Shown here in pieces: positions 13,001 to 25,041 of a stretch of DNA of 64,000 nucleotides. The position numbers were made by a program, and so were the translations under genes. The first letter of the stretch is position 1. Every line of letters begins with the position of its first letter. The DNA comes from Macrostomum lignano (lineage: Eukaryota): positions 240,673 through 304,672 of the forward strand of contig NIVC01001556.1 in NCBI GenBank assembly GCA_002269645.1. The letters run 5' to 3'. The notes beneath the pieces are model-generated. The model was not told where the DNA came from. It did not search any database and worked only from the letters and a program-made list of their open reading frames with translations.

Positions 13001-16000
13001 CTGCAGCAGAACTACTTCTGGCTGGTGCTGGACACTGGCGGACTCTGTCCGGGACAGCTCAAAGCGCTCCGCCTGCCGGTCTTCGCCAATGTAGCCCTGC
13101 TCAGGGGTGTCGCAACCGCCGCCTGCTCTGGCGAAGTGCTCGACGCCTTTGGCACCTGCGAAACGGACTGGATTAGGGTGGGTTGGTCAGAGTAGGCGTG
13201 TCACTTAGCGCGCCAGTTCATTTGAGTTTAGCGCGCCAGTTCATTTGAGTTTAGCGCGCCAGTTCATTTGAGTTTTGCGCGCCGTTTCATTTGAGTTTTG
13301 CGGCGCCTGTTCATTTATTTATACCAAATTCAGGACGCTTCCAGTTTTTTGCACTAAACTCACAATAGCTCGTATTTCACCTCCATGAAGCAAATGGCTT
13401 TCGTTCGCGGCGAAAATACACAATAGCAATAGAAACAAAGTGTCGGATTTCCATCCTCCGATTACTTTTACTTTCTGTTTTGCAATATTAGTTAACTGTC
13501 AACTTTAACACCAAGTTACATAGCCATTCAAGCCTCTTGACCCGGTCCCGCTCCCGAATCCTGCCAGACTGTCGACGCGAGATTTGTCGACGCCGTAGAA
13601 GCCATCGCCAAGGCGTTGAACGATTCGACTGGAGCAGTCGGCGGCTTCGAGCCAAGCAATGCCACCTGCGACAGCGGCCGCCTCCAGGCCTGGAGCTCCG
13701 GGCCGGCGGTGTTCGCCAGACTGGCCGGGGTAAGTCCGAGGTACAGAAGATGTAAGCACTCTGGAAGCCTGTCAACAGAGCGAGTCGTGGACAACTGTTG
13801 TAGAAAGACACTACCCTCGGTTTTCTTAGAAACGTAAATCTGCAGGGCGGTAAGGAACGGATATTTGTCGTATCGCTAGTACAATTAGTGCGCTCTCGCC
13901 AAATCGGATTTTTCTCGACCGAATTTGTCTATGGCAAATGCGCCCCTGCTACTGCAGTTGTTCATGGAAACGAGCTTGCTTAGTTGAGAATGACTGCAGC
14001 TCAACTGTCAGCACGTGACCCGACAAGAGTACTTGCAGCCCGGACTGCCGCCGACTTACAGAATAATTAATAACAAAGCTTATTCCTTTGTGCACCAAAA
14101 GGCTGTCGATCGTCAGTGCTCGCGTGTGATGCCCCCTTCCCCCTGCCAAAAGCTTATCCCTGCAGCCGTCCCGGAACGTACTTCCTCTCACACAGGCACC
14201 AACGCCATGCACTGAGTCTCTTTACCCGTTTTTTAACCATACAGCTCACAGACTACAATCCGGGCAGAGGTGTCATCAGCTTCAATCCGACCAGTCGACA
14301 TTTCGACGCTCAGGGCATTGAACTCGTTGGCGCGTTCAATGAGAACCGCGGCGCTCCGATGCAGTTCGTTCGGTCGGTTCTGTACAACCCGAAATCTGCT
14401 TCTCTGACGGTGCTGTTGCGTAGGCGCGGGATCAGCCTTGTGTTTCCCAACACCTTCGTTGGATTTAACAATGAAATTTTGGTTATTTGCTCGCCTGTGG
14501 TAAGTCATCTGACCGGTACAGTATCTGACCGGTACAGTATCTGACCGGTATAGTATCTGACCGGTATAGTATCTGACCGGTACAGTATCTGAACGGTACA
14601 GTATCTGACCGGTACAGTATCTGACCGGTACAATATCTGATTGGTACAGTATCTGACTGGTACAGTATCTGACCGGTACAATATCTGACCGGTACAGTAT
14701 CTGACCGGTACAATATCTGATTGGTACAGTATCTGATTGGTACAGTATCTGATTGGTACAGTATCTGACCGTACAATATCTGATTGGTACAGTATCTGAC
14801 CGGTACAGTATCTGACCGGTACAGTATCTGACCGGTACAGTATCTGACCGGTACAGTATCTGACCGGTACAGTATCTGACCGGTACAGTATCTGACCATT
14901 ACACTGTCTGAACAGTACAGGGTCTGACGAATGCAGTTTCTGACCAGTTGTATCGAAGGTCATAGAAGAATGACTATTTATATAAACGGTAGTTTTAACT
15001 GTTGAAACTGAACCCAGAAGAATCTTTGAACAAATCAAGACGTCACTAAACAAGTCAGTCTGATTAAACTTACTTAGTAACTTAGACTGCATTTTAAGTA
15101 AGAAGTAATATGCGCCAGTAAGTACTAGTTGTCTCAGTCCTTCCATAACTTGTTGACAGCAGATCTTTCCAACTGCCCCATCACCGCCTAGTACCCGCCA
15201 TTCACAAAGTTCGAATCAGTCTACCCGAACAACACCGTGACTGTTAGCGGGATGCTGCGCGACCTGCTTGACATCCTGGCCGAGAAGATGCAGTTCCGGT
15301 GCGTCTCAAACGCATGCACTGCATGCTCTTATGCCGATATAGGGGGATGCCAACTAGAGGCACTCAATTACTTTCAGGACCAGTTGACTACGAGCGTAGA
15401 AACACTGACACAGCCAGTTTCAAAGCAAAATACAGTTTGTGACGCCAAGTGGTTTCATGGAATGGGGTTAATGGACACACATGATGAAGTTGGCTTTGAC
15501 CCTTTTTGATCAACAACTCTGGATCGCGAAATCCTTGTGATTCTGCATGACCGTTGTGTAATCCTGGTATAGTGAGTCTTCTCAAACTTTGGGTTCTCAA
15601 GTTGACATGAAATCCAAATTTTGTCCCCTGTAAGTCCAAGTAAGGAACCTGGACAAGATTTCTAGTCGACTGGTCCGGAAAATTACCGATTTCCGTCGGT
15701 TTGTTCCTGAGCTCAACTGATTCTAAGAATAACTAAGAACCTATTCCTAGAATCTGCATGTCAACCCATTATTTCGTATAATCCTCAACAGGTACATCAC
15801 CAAGACACCGGACGATGGTCAATGGGGCGGCCCGCAGGCTGGCAAAGATTATTACACTGGTTGCGTTGGCGAGGTTCAGAGAGATGTAAGTTAACTGATT
15901 AGTTGAAATACGTATATGGTTGAATTCCATGGCATTTGATTTAACAATAATCTGTAGAATGCTCGTCTACGCCTAAACGATGTCTACGTCCTCGCGACAG

Positions 16001-18902
16001 TGCTCTAAGCCCTACAAACTATAGGCGTATCTGCAAACATATTCCAAGGTGAAACCCAACGCGTCGTTGTGAAACAACAACTCTTTATTGAATGATGACC
16101 CGTCCCTGTTTCGACTAACTCTAATTTGGTTCATTCTGTCTGAGTCAACTGACCCCAAAATCAACTCTAGTCTCCCCCTACCTGACACATCCAACACAGA
16201 TCTGCCAAATAGCAGGCGGCCCCTTTGTGAAGACCACCACCCGAGACCGAGTAATCGACTACGCTCCGCCGGTGTACCAGGAGTCCACCGCCATTCTGCT
16301 CCACGTCCGCCGCCGAAATCAAAGCTTTGGAATGTCTACTTGACCCTCAGCCTGGACGTCTGGCTGCTGACAATCGGCACCCTGGTCGCTTCAGCCCTGT
16401 GCATCTGGTTGTTGGCCTACTTTTCCCCGTTCAGTGCCTACAACCTCAAATTGCAGTACGCCATAGCTGACGAAATCTGGCTGCAGGAATATCTCTGGAG
16501 CCTAATGGGCAGCTTCTTTCAGCAGGGTCAGGATTTTTATCCATTTGCCGCGTCGCCAAGGACTGCTATGGCCTTCTGGTGGATGTTTACCGTGATATTC
16601 TATGCTTCCTACACCGGTAAGTGATCTCAACTCAGTAGTATTCAGGGCACCTCATTCCCAACAGCGGTCAGTCATCTTTTCTGACTCCTAAACCCATTAC
16701 AGGTGACTTAACCGCCCACCTGACAATTGCTGTTACTGACCTGCCAATTAAAACACTCGAAGGTTTGGCCGCTCAGACAGAAATCAAGCCGCAGGTACAA
16801 ATTGGCACTAATCACTACGCCCTACTCAAGGAGAGCACATCCGGCATCTACAGGAAGCTGGGAGATATGGTCACAGTGGTGAATAGCGCTTCAGACTGCT
16901 CTGGAATGGTAGGTTAAGTCGGTGAATTTATCGTCTTGACTGAGTTTAGCCATACTTTTAATTGATGATAGCAAGGTTTCAAGGGGATTTGTTTAAAGGT
17001 GCCCGCCACCTACAAACGATGATTAAAGATATGACCTTAAAACGACTGTTTGCATGTTAAAAGTCACTGCACATAAGCCTTATTTCTCAAGTCATTGTCT
17101 CTTACCTTGAATGATTTCAGTATAAATTTCTAAACGCAAAATGCCAGTCAGGAGTAAATGTAATTGGTTATTTATACTTTTCATTGGTTCTTTTTTGTTT
17201 AATATAAACTTGTGCTCAAAATCGCCAGGTGTTCACGGGCAAAACCGCCTGCATCGGTGGCTACTCCTACCTGGTGAACTTTGCCAAGCAGAACTGCAGC
17301 CAGGTCTACATGGCCGAGGAAATCTTCAACACGGCTACCGCGGCCTTTCTCTACGCTGACGACGCTTACTTTGCCGACCTGTTCGACTTCTAGTGAGTCC
17401 CAACTGGGGCAGGTGTAATCAGTTCTTAATTATTATTATTAGTGACTGCTAGGAGGAGCTTCGGTGGAGGCAGAACGAGCTTACGAGCTACTTAATTATA
17501 ATAATAAAAATTGATTCCACCTACCCTACTGGGCAGATGTGCAACCGACAGCTCAGCCGCAGCAATTGCGCGGCGCATCTGAAGGCTGCGTACGGCTGTT
17601 CAGTCCAAGGACTGGGGGGGTCGCCACTCACACCTTCAATTACCCCAGCTAATGCTGGCACCCATTTTACAGCTGGATGAACTGAAGAAATCCAAAGTTT
17701 AGTGCCTTGCTCAAGGACACAAATTGTTCCGAGTAGGTCGAGAACCGAACCTCCCGACCTTTGAGTCGCGAGTCCGATGCTCTGACCACAAGGCTGCGAG
17801 CTACAACCCTAGTCTTAACTGACCCTAGGCTGTCGCATTATTCAACGAGAATTGTATAAGAAGTCAATTTCTGCAGAAACATCACGAACTGAATCACGAA
17901 AAAGAGGCTTTAAGACTCCTGAAAAGGAGGAAATTCTCTGTTGGCTGCATTCAGAATACTCGATTTCATCAACACTGAAAGGCCATTCATTCATTGAAAT
18001 TCTTAATCCAGACTTACTTGGCAAAGTAGCCGAAATGTCGGCCGAATAATGCATGCATTGCCAGCTTCATCTGAGGCATTTGTTGAGCACAATTGCGGTA
18101 AAAACTTTATAATTATGCTTTCAAACTGGTTTGAATCTGAATGGAATGGATTTTGAAAAGCTTTTAGGAATCTAAAATCAGTAGCTAGCAGTAGCTGAAA
18201 CGTGTTAACATTTTCGGGTCTATGTCAAGGACGGCTTCAAGTGGACCCTGAGTGCTAAATACACTTGCCGCCCATGTCCTCTTCTCTATCCAGTATCCGC
18301 ACACATTTCACTGCAAACAGAATGTTGTCGCCTTCAATTCGCGCTGGTATTATGTTCTTCATCAGTCCGACGATGTCCCGTTATTAATTATGCACCAGAC
18401 CACTAGCATAGCATGAATTGTCTCTTTCCACTGACTTTCTCTGTACTCTCTGTACGCTTTTGCGTCCCTCTCTCTTTATCAGTTCTATGGGTTTTGGCCA
18501 TAGACAATCAAAAGCATAGGTCACGTCGGTCTTGACTGGGTCTTGAATTCCCAGTTATATAAGTAGAGGGGTTTCTGCGTTCTCGGACAATTCCGTTTTC
18601 AGAAACATTTTAACAAATATTGAGCAAAAAATAATCATAGCAAACTCTTCCTAATCGTTTCCAGCTTTCTCAAGCTGAGCGAGACGGGCATCTTGGACAA
18701 GCTATTCAAAAAGTACTGGTCCAGCGACACCGTCTGCTCAGTCGGCGCCGCTGCTGAGGCCGATTCCATCAACCTGGAAGGAGTCGGCGGCTGTTTCATA
18801 GTCGCTCTGGGATTGTACTGCATCGGTCTGATCATTCTGGCATTGGAACTGTTGTGGACCAAAGTACTCGGAAAGTCACCGATTGGCTGTGCGCTTTACT
18901 GA
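10049..18902 (+). CDS. Ionotropic glutamate receptor family subunit (ATD + S1 + M1-M3 + S2 + M4), about 855 aa, 12 exons, one apparent frameshift
   Basis: Exons 10049-10319, 10890-11027, 12040-12156, 12780-13177, 13568-13729, 14245-14499, 15192-15298, 15792-15885, 16200-16616, 16703-16908, 17229-17392, 18665-18902, all GT-AG with matching phases. Motifs: signal peptide; YPPF; DGQWG...GCVGEV; TTRDRVIDYAPP; WSLMGSFFQQG (pore loop); FWWMFTVIFYASYTGDLTAHLT (M3); ETGILDKLFKKYW; INLEGVGGCF (M4). One extra C at 16301-16302 is needed to keep frame. Confidence 0.92.
10337..10795. repeat. Minisatellite, 15 bp unit (CAGACATCCCCGACT), in iGluR intron 1
   Basis: About 30 copies starting 17 nt after the GTGAGT donor at 10320. 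Confidence 0.95.
11125..12000. repeat. Purine-rich minisatellite, 16-17 bp units (CCTTGGAGGGAAGTGT / CCTTTGGAGGGAGGTAT), in iGluR intron 2
   Basis: About 50 alternating variant units. Confidence 0.95.
12345..12695. repeat. Minisatellite, about 22 bp unit (GGTTGGTGTGGGATTCCTAACC), in iGluR intron 3
   Basis: About 15 copies, degenerate at the 5' end. Confidence 0.9.
13205..13318. repeat. Short tandem repeat, 23 bp unit (AGCGCGCCAGTTCATTTGAGTTT), in iGluR intron 4
   Basis: About 5 copies. Confidence 0.85.
14508..14897. repeat. Minisatellite, 16 bp unit (ATCTGACCGGTACAGT), in iGluR intron 6
   Basis: About 24 copies starting 8 nt after the GTAAGT donor at 14500. Confidence 0.95.
17490..17805 (-). 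mobile_element. tRNA-derived SINE with CORE-like domain, in iGluR intron 11
   Basis: Minus strand: tRNA-like head with A-box-like (GCAGCCTTGTGG) and B-box-like (GGTTCGGTTCTC) motifs, then TGTGTCCTTGAGCAAGGCACTAAAC...TTCAGTTCATCCAGCTGTAAAATGGG, which resembles the CORE domain of MIR-type SINEs, and an AT-rich tail. Confidence 0.7.
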
Positions 18903-21900
18903 AGACAAGGTGATATTCATTCTTCAGTCTAGTCCGAAAGCTATTTGCATTCCAGTCGTGGTAGTTTTATACTACTTTTATCAAATAGAGGAACGCTCTA
19001 ATTAGTAAACATCTTACTTTTCTGCTGCAAATCACGTTAGCTATCCATCAGTGACAAACTATATAATCCAAAGAACAATTTACTATTAGAAAACCAAACG
19101 AGATCAAACAATGAATTCTATGCTTGAACACATTTTCGTGAGGATGGGAATGCAATTATAATACCCAATATTTTTCGCTTTCTAGAAGTGCAAATTCGTC
19201 ACAAAACGTTTAACAATTGTCATAAATGAAAGCACAATCATACATTCTGAACATACAAAGCTTTCATCCCGTTGGTACTTTTGCCTCTTGTAAGTCAAAC
19301 AAATAATTACTCTGTTAGTCACAAAAAGGAGTTATATAGCTATTGCAGTACTGGATGAAAATACAGTCGTAGCGTTGCACATGTAAATCAATTGTTGATA
19401 ATTGTTTTCTAACACGCCTATTAATAATTAAAAGCTGCGATAGCGGATACAGGTATAGTTTGTGTCTGTGAATTAAATACACATGCTATGCAAAGCAAGA
19501 TGCGCGCAAAATTTATAACATATTTTTTAATTTTTACTGATTATAAATTAAGAAAGAATTATTAAATCGTTAACAGTGGATTTGCATGCATGGTCACCTT
19601 GGATCGGAGAGGGGCAAACGAATTTCATTGGAAGCCATTATTGCAACATACCTGGCTTGCATTATACTGTAAGGTCGGATGCTGAGAAGCGTCTACATTT
19701 ATACAATGTATAAAGTATCTCAAAATCATCGAGAACCTCCAGCTGCCTGCCTCATCACCCGCTGGCGTGCTGCATGTATTTAGAAGCGATAGTCAATCCT
19801 ACTCATTCTGCTTGATGCTGCAGCAATTAACCCATCTTTGATCTCCTATAGTCTTTGAAAAATACAGTTGTATATAAACGAAGCTACATATAAAACAAAA
19901 CTAAAAACTGGCTTATCTCTCTCGCCTCCGGCTGCGGTAAATGCGTCTATATAGCCAAAGTTTTGTTAGATTAGACTGATAACTTACATTTCTGTGGGTC
20001 ATTGATTAGCCGGTTTTCAGTCGATCTGCATGTCGTTCATAGAAAAAGCCCGTTTACACAAATGCAAATGTATAGATCAGGCCGAGGGCTGGTGCTGTGT
20101 GCCGCCTGTTCAGGGAGCACAATTTCTAGCCTGAATGATACTTTCTAAGAACACTGCTAGGATTAATATGCAAGGGGGGCAAGCTCATAGGAAATTCATA
20201 TAGCTAAAAAGACAGAATATTTAACTAGCTACCTTCATGATTTTCACAAGGTCGAAAACATCAGACATGCCATTCGCAATGTGTAAATATATGTATTCAT
20301 GTATATGTCTTTCATGCAGTACCATCAAGCGCTGCCACGCGCGTGGATTTGCTCTTTAATAATGTACGAGTACTACAAAGCTTTACGTTTTTGGATTGGC
20401 GTAGGTAGAAACAATCCGAAGTCGGAAACGTCGACAACGATGCTTCAAATTAACGCCTAGCGAAGTCGATGGCAAGCCCAATACTTAAGGCTACAATTGA
20501 CTTTCAGCTGACGTTTTGCAATTATTATACATTTATAATATCTTTTTAGTTTGCAAAATTAGAAAAAAGGAATTAGATACAGTATTGTACATCATCGTCA
20601 TCCATCAGGATAATGTAAAAGTACAGTGTGCTCAGTTTTAGTTATTAATTCTGAGAAACAAAGTTTAATATCTTCCTACATGTATTAGAGTCGTCGTCCG
20701 GCCTAATGTCAATCGACGTTGCATGGGAATGTATATGCGGGTACAAAATAATTGAAACGAACAAACAAAAGCAAGTTTATTCAAGATTTAAAATGAGTCT
20801 TAGGTATTAAAAGGAGTAGTACACGGCGTAGTAAATGTGTCAGCCAGTACAGAAAGTTGCCAAAGCTCTTTTTGGTAGGCCCCTATAGAGTCAGCGCAAG
20901 AGAAACTTGCTAAGGTGGGAGTCAAAAAGGTCGTCATTGGTGCCATGCTGACTACAAAACTTTGCCTTCACGGCCTTCAAAAGGCCCAGGTGCCTTCAAT
21001 GGTATTCTCAATGATTGATTTCAAGGTCACAGAGATCGGCCAATGGCCGCAAATTGGCAGGAGGTAGGATATTTACAGGCGCTCGAGGTTTTCCAGCCAT
21101 GATTTACGCTGAAAATAACGAAAATCGGGTCAAATAATTTAACGCGGGAAAGTAGGACATTGCCTTGGACGTGTTGCAGTGTTTCTGCATATGGATCAAA
21201 GGCTTTGCAAAAGACTTTTCCAAAATTTTCCAATCCAGTCGATACCACGAGTAAACTTACATTATCTAACAAGAGTGTATTAACCAAGGCAATTGCAAAC
21301 CCCCATGGTCGCGCTAATCCACTGAGCGTTTTTGATGGTCTAATCATCCACAAAAATCCATTATTTGAAAGCCATGGCTACTTCTCTCACTTCGCCAGTA
21401 TTTTGGCGAAAATTTGTAGCAGGCCCACTGGCAGCCTTTTCTAGATCTCTACAGAGGGGGTGACTTTGATTATGTCACTCCCACTAGTATTATAACTGAG
21501 CCAACCTACAGTGAGGTGTGAACTGTGAAACATGCAATTTCACAGCCTCACTTCAGGTAGGCCTACGTCTTAATAGATTTTACACAGAGCATCAAAGACA
21601 AGAGATGATCTCATACTAAACAAAAACCTGCTTTTGAGAGTAACATCTTATTTGAAAATAAAAATTTATGTCTTGGTATAGAGTAAATACCCATTTTTGC
21701 TTAAATTTGATTGTTATAAATTTTGGTCATTTTCAAAAATAGATAAGCACGCACGCCGAATGTCCTCTGAAGCCTTTTTCAGAATTATTATGAGGATGAT
21801 TGTATGATGGATGTCGGGAATATGCAACCCAGACTTACACTGACTGATTGATCAAATTTATGAAATAAAAATAATTAACTGTACATAAAACTTGATTTAT

Positions 21901-22859
21901 TATTAATAGTAGGGCTTGAGATCGCAGATAGGGCTAAAGCCATTCATTGCCTTTGCCATAGCGACAAACTAAATCCCTAATTAATGAGTAATGTAAGCCC
22001 CAAGGAGGCAGGCTAGACGGTTAACTTCATCAGTAGCAGTAGGGCCTACACTCAGATTTTTTATTAAAAAACAATGGTGCTACTTTTAAGTTGATTATTG
22101 ATTAATGATAAGTAGATTACTGATAGTGATAGAAGTTTTGTCAATCTTTATTCTTAAATCTTTGTTTTTAATTAAAACTCTTAATTCTAAGCTATTTTTA
22201 TAGGCAATGCTTAGCCTAACTTAGGGCTTAGTCCCATGGTCCAATGTCAATATCCCAATAACAAAAATATTATCTATTTACTATTACAATATATGGCCCT
22301 ATGCTAATTGCTAATAATGCCCTGCTTTCCAGTATTCCTATAATAGCTCTTATAATATAGTTGGCCTCCCAACCCTTAGCTGGCATATATGTTATGCCTA
22401 TATTAATACTAAAAGTATAATCTATATAGGCTAGTGCCATGCCAATATTGCTCAACTTATTCTTATAACTTGTTATAATAATAGGCCCTAGATACAATAC
22501 TGAAAGCCTAGATAGAACTTATATTTCAATATTTTGTCTATAATATATAGTTTTCTTTAACAATTTTTTTTAGATAACAGGCTATAGCCATAGGGCAGAG
22601 GTCTATACTAATTGTCATTAAGAAATTTAGGTTTTGCTATAGCTACAGATATGGCCATGGGAAGTTATAGATATACATATAGAGGTTTTTTGGCAAAAGC
22701 ATATGAATATGGATATGGTTATAGAAACTTTTATATCACATATTTAGCTGCCATAGGCCTATCTAGTAATATGAGTATCTCTTAATTAAGAATTAAAAAA
22801 CCATTAGAGCTATTGCTTTGATACGTTAGGATAGGCCTAATAGAAATCAATGAATTTTG

Positions 22860-23560
22860 CCAGTTTCAAAGTGAGGGGAACTCTTAAATCCATGGAATTT
22901 AAGATTCAATCATCAACATAGATAGATTGTTAATGCCATGTCCATATTGTGGTTGGGTAGTAAAGACTAAAGTTAAGTTGAATATTCATATTTTCAAAGG
23001 GGAACTCTTAAGTCCCTGCATGGATTTAGGGACTTAGCAACAGAGTTTCAATGCCACATGCAAATTGTGGTTGGGTAGTAGGTGGCTAATGTTAAGATAA
23101 ATGCTTTTACTTTCAAAAGGAGCTCTTAAGTCCCTAGGGTTAGGGACTTAAGCAATAGAGTTTTGATACCATGTGAATTGTAAACATTGGGGTTGGTTAG
23201 TTATGCTAAAGTTAAGATAAATGTTTTCACTTTCAAGGGAAACTTTTAAGTCCTTGGGGTTGGGGACTAGGATGGGGTTGAGATTTTGGGGGCTAAATTT
23301 AAGATGAATATTTTCAATTTCAATGTAAGGGCCAAGGAGCTCTTAAGTTCCTAGAATTGAGGACTCAAACAACAAAGACAAAAATGTTTGACACTGCACA
23401 CACATTAAGGCTGGAATAGGCCTGGGGGGTTAAAGTTAAGATATTTTTTCACTTTCAATACAAAGGGAGCTCAAGTCCTTAGGGCCAGGGACTCAAACAA
23501 CACATTTTTGACACCATATACATGTTGTAATTAGGATGGTAGGGGCTTAAACTAAGATGA
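22860..23560. repeat. Old diverged tandem repeat, about 120 bp unit
   Basis: Motif TTTCAAA(G)GGGAACTCTTAAGTCC recurs at about 22864, 22992, 23111, 23231, 23318 and 23452, with preceding AAAGTTAAGAT(G)AAT motifs. Confidence 0.7.
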
Positions 23561-23679
23561 ATGAAGCCAATAAGGAAGCCACCTAGCATCTGCCACTATC
23601 AAAGAAGGCTAGATTGCAAAACAGGCTTCTTGGAAACCAACTGATGAATAAGCTATCAACCTTTTATTTTTTTATTAGA

Positions 23680-24026
23680 GGCAGGGGGTTGTGTGCACCC
23701 TGGCGCACTTTAAGCAACATAGGCACACAACCGGCAAAAGGCATTGTTGCCCATTCCGCCAACTCCCTTGAGCAGGCATACAAGCACGCGGATATGTATG
23801 CAGGCACACACTCACACAGGAGTGTACAGCGGCCCTAACTTTATATTATCATTAGGCATGTACATTTCACTGCGCCTTGGGGGGTTGGCTCTCAAGGCCA
23901 TTAATTGCACAAGCAGAGCCAAGCCAAGAATTCCAATTCAGCCCCAAATTAATGTGACTGCACTTGGAATTGAGCCTGGGTTGCTAGCACACCAGAGCAG
24001 CTGTGCTACCACTAGGCTACGGCCCC
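23680..24026 (-). mobile_element. tRNA-derived SINE (second family), near full length
   Basis: Minus-strand head GGGGCCGTAGCCTAGTGGTAGCACAG...CCCAGGCTCAATTCCAAG has an A box (TAGCCTAGTGG) and a degenerate B box. The body is shared with copies at 25905-26045 and 32850-33985 (plus-strand CCCATTCCGC..., GTGTACAGCGGCC, GCGCCTTGGGGGGTTGGC, GCCCCAAATTAATGTG). Confidence 0.7.
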
Positions 24027-25041
24027 ACAGCCATCAACCTCAGTCCCTCATAAATCTTGTTAAGATTTTGGTCTTGCTGTCTAGATCGATACATACTCCA
24101 AATGCTGCATGCAGCATGGCTGCATATGCAATGTCTAGCTGTCTCTCCAAGGCATCTGTCAGGGTCTAGGTCTTAGCATTGTACAATAGTTATAGAAATT
24201 TTATTAGCTTTAAAATACAGAATAGATATGGATACAGATAGGCTATGAGAACATTTTTGAGATATGGCTATAGATATGGATGTGGGAAAAAATTGGTTAT
24301 AACGGAACTAAAGAAATTATATATATTTGAATAAGTTGCGATATTACAACTATTTTGTTTAAAATAACATATTCTAGTAAAAAATAATATAGGTATTCAT
24401 TGGTTTTAACATAATATTCTAAATGGCAACCTATTCTATTAGTTATTATCAAAATAAAAAGGGAATTATTAGTATAGGACCATGGTCAACAGTCTTAAGT
24501 ATTAGCATAGGATATACCATATATATATATATAAGATTTTTTATACCACTATCTAATTTTTCTTATAACCTATCTATATTTGTATCTATAGCTAATTATA
24601 AGTTAATTTTTTATTACTTCTTACTTTTATTGATAATAAATCCAATGGCAATTGTTTTTCTATTCATTTCCTACATAAAGAATGATCTAGCAATAGTTTA
24701 CCTTATCACTTAGTAATAGTTTTTGTTTATTTATTATATAAGAAAGAAAATTGGTGGTAGTGAATTCATATTAACTTTAAAAATATGCACAATATAATCA
24801 AGGACTTCAATGGTCTTTTTAAGTCTTAGTTAGCTAATATCACTAAATATGGTATGTTCCCATAACCATTAACCACAGCCACCTGATGCATAACTGGTGA
24901 TGCTATCAGTTAATGCACTAATAAAGGATTATATCAATATTTCTGGTGATTGCTGAAAGGTATAAAATTACAGTAGTTTACCATTGTAGTTAAGCATAAT
25001 ACCCTATTTAAAGTGCAAAAACTGTTGATGTCCAGTTGCCA

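Noticed and set aside
16600-16730. Lurcher-type constitutively open mutation in the iGluR M3
   Set aside because: The Thr is at position 7 of the SYTANLAAF motif; the Lurcher position (A8) is still Ala.
20960-20995. Possible missing first exon of DHX35 (AFKRP, similar to the conserved FWRPG)
   Set aside because: In-frame stop just upstream, no ATG, and the phase does not match the acceptor at 25036.
21027-22497. Reverse transcriptase remnants (FCKAFD in ORF 21027-21353; LGP...AYIDY in ORF 22270-22497)
   Set aside because: Only faint motif resemblance, with no YADD and no consistent spacing. A profile search against RVT_1 would be needed.
23955-24026. Functional tRNA gene
   Set aside because: The B box is degenerate, the stems do not pair cleanly, and the sequence continues into a dispersed repeat body, so it is a SINE head.
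24423-24713. Hydrophobic ORF resembling a mitochondrial membrane protein (NUMT)
   Set aside because: Hydrophobicity is explained by AT-rich composition; no diagnostic mitochondrial motif.
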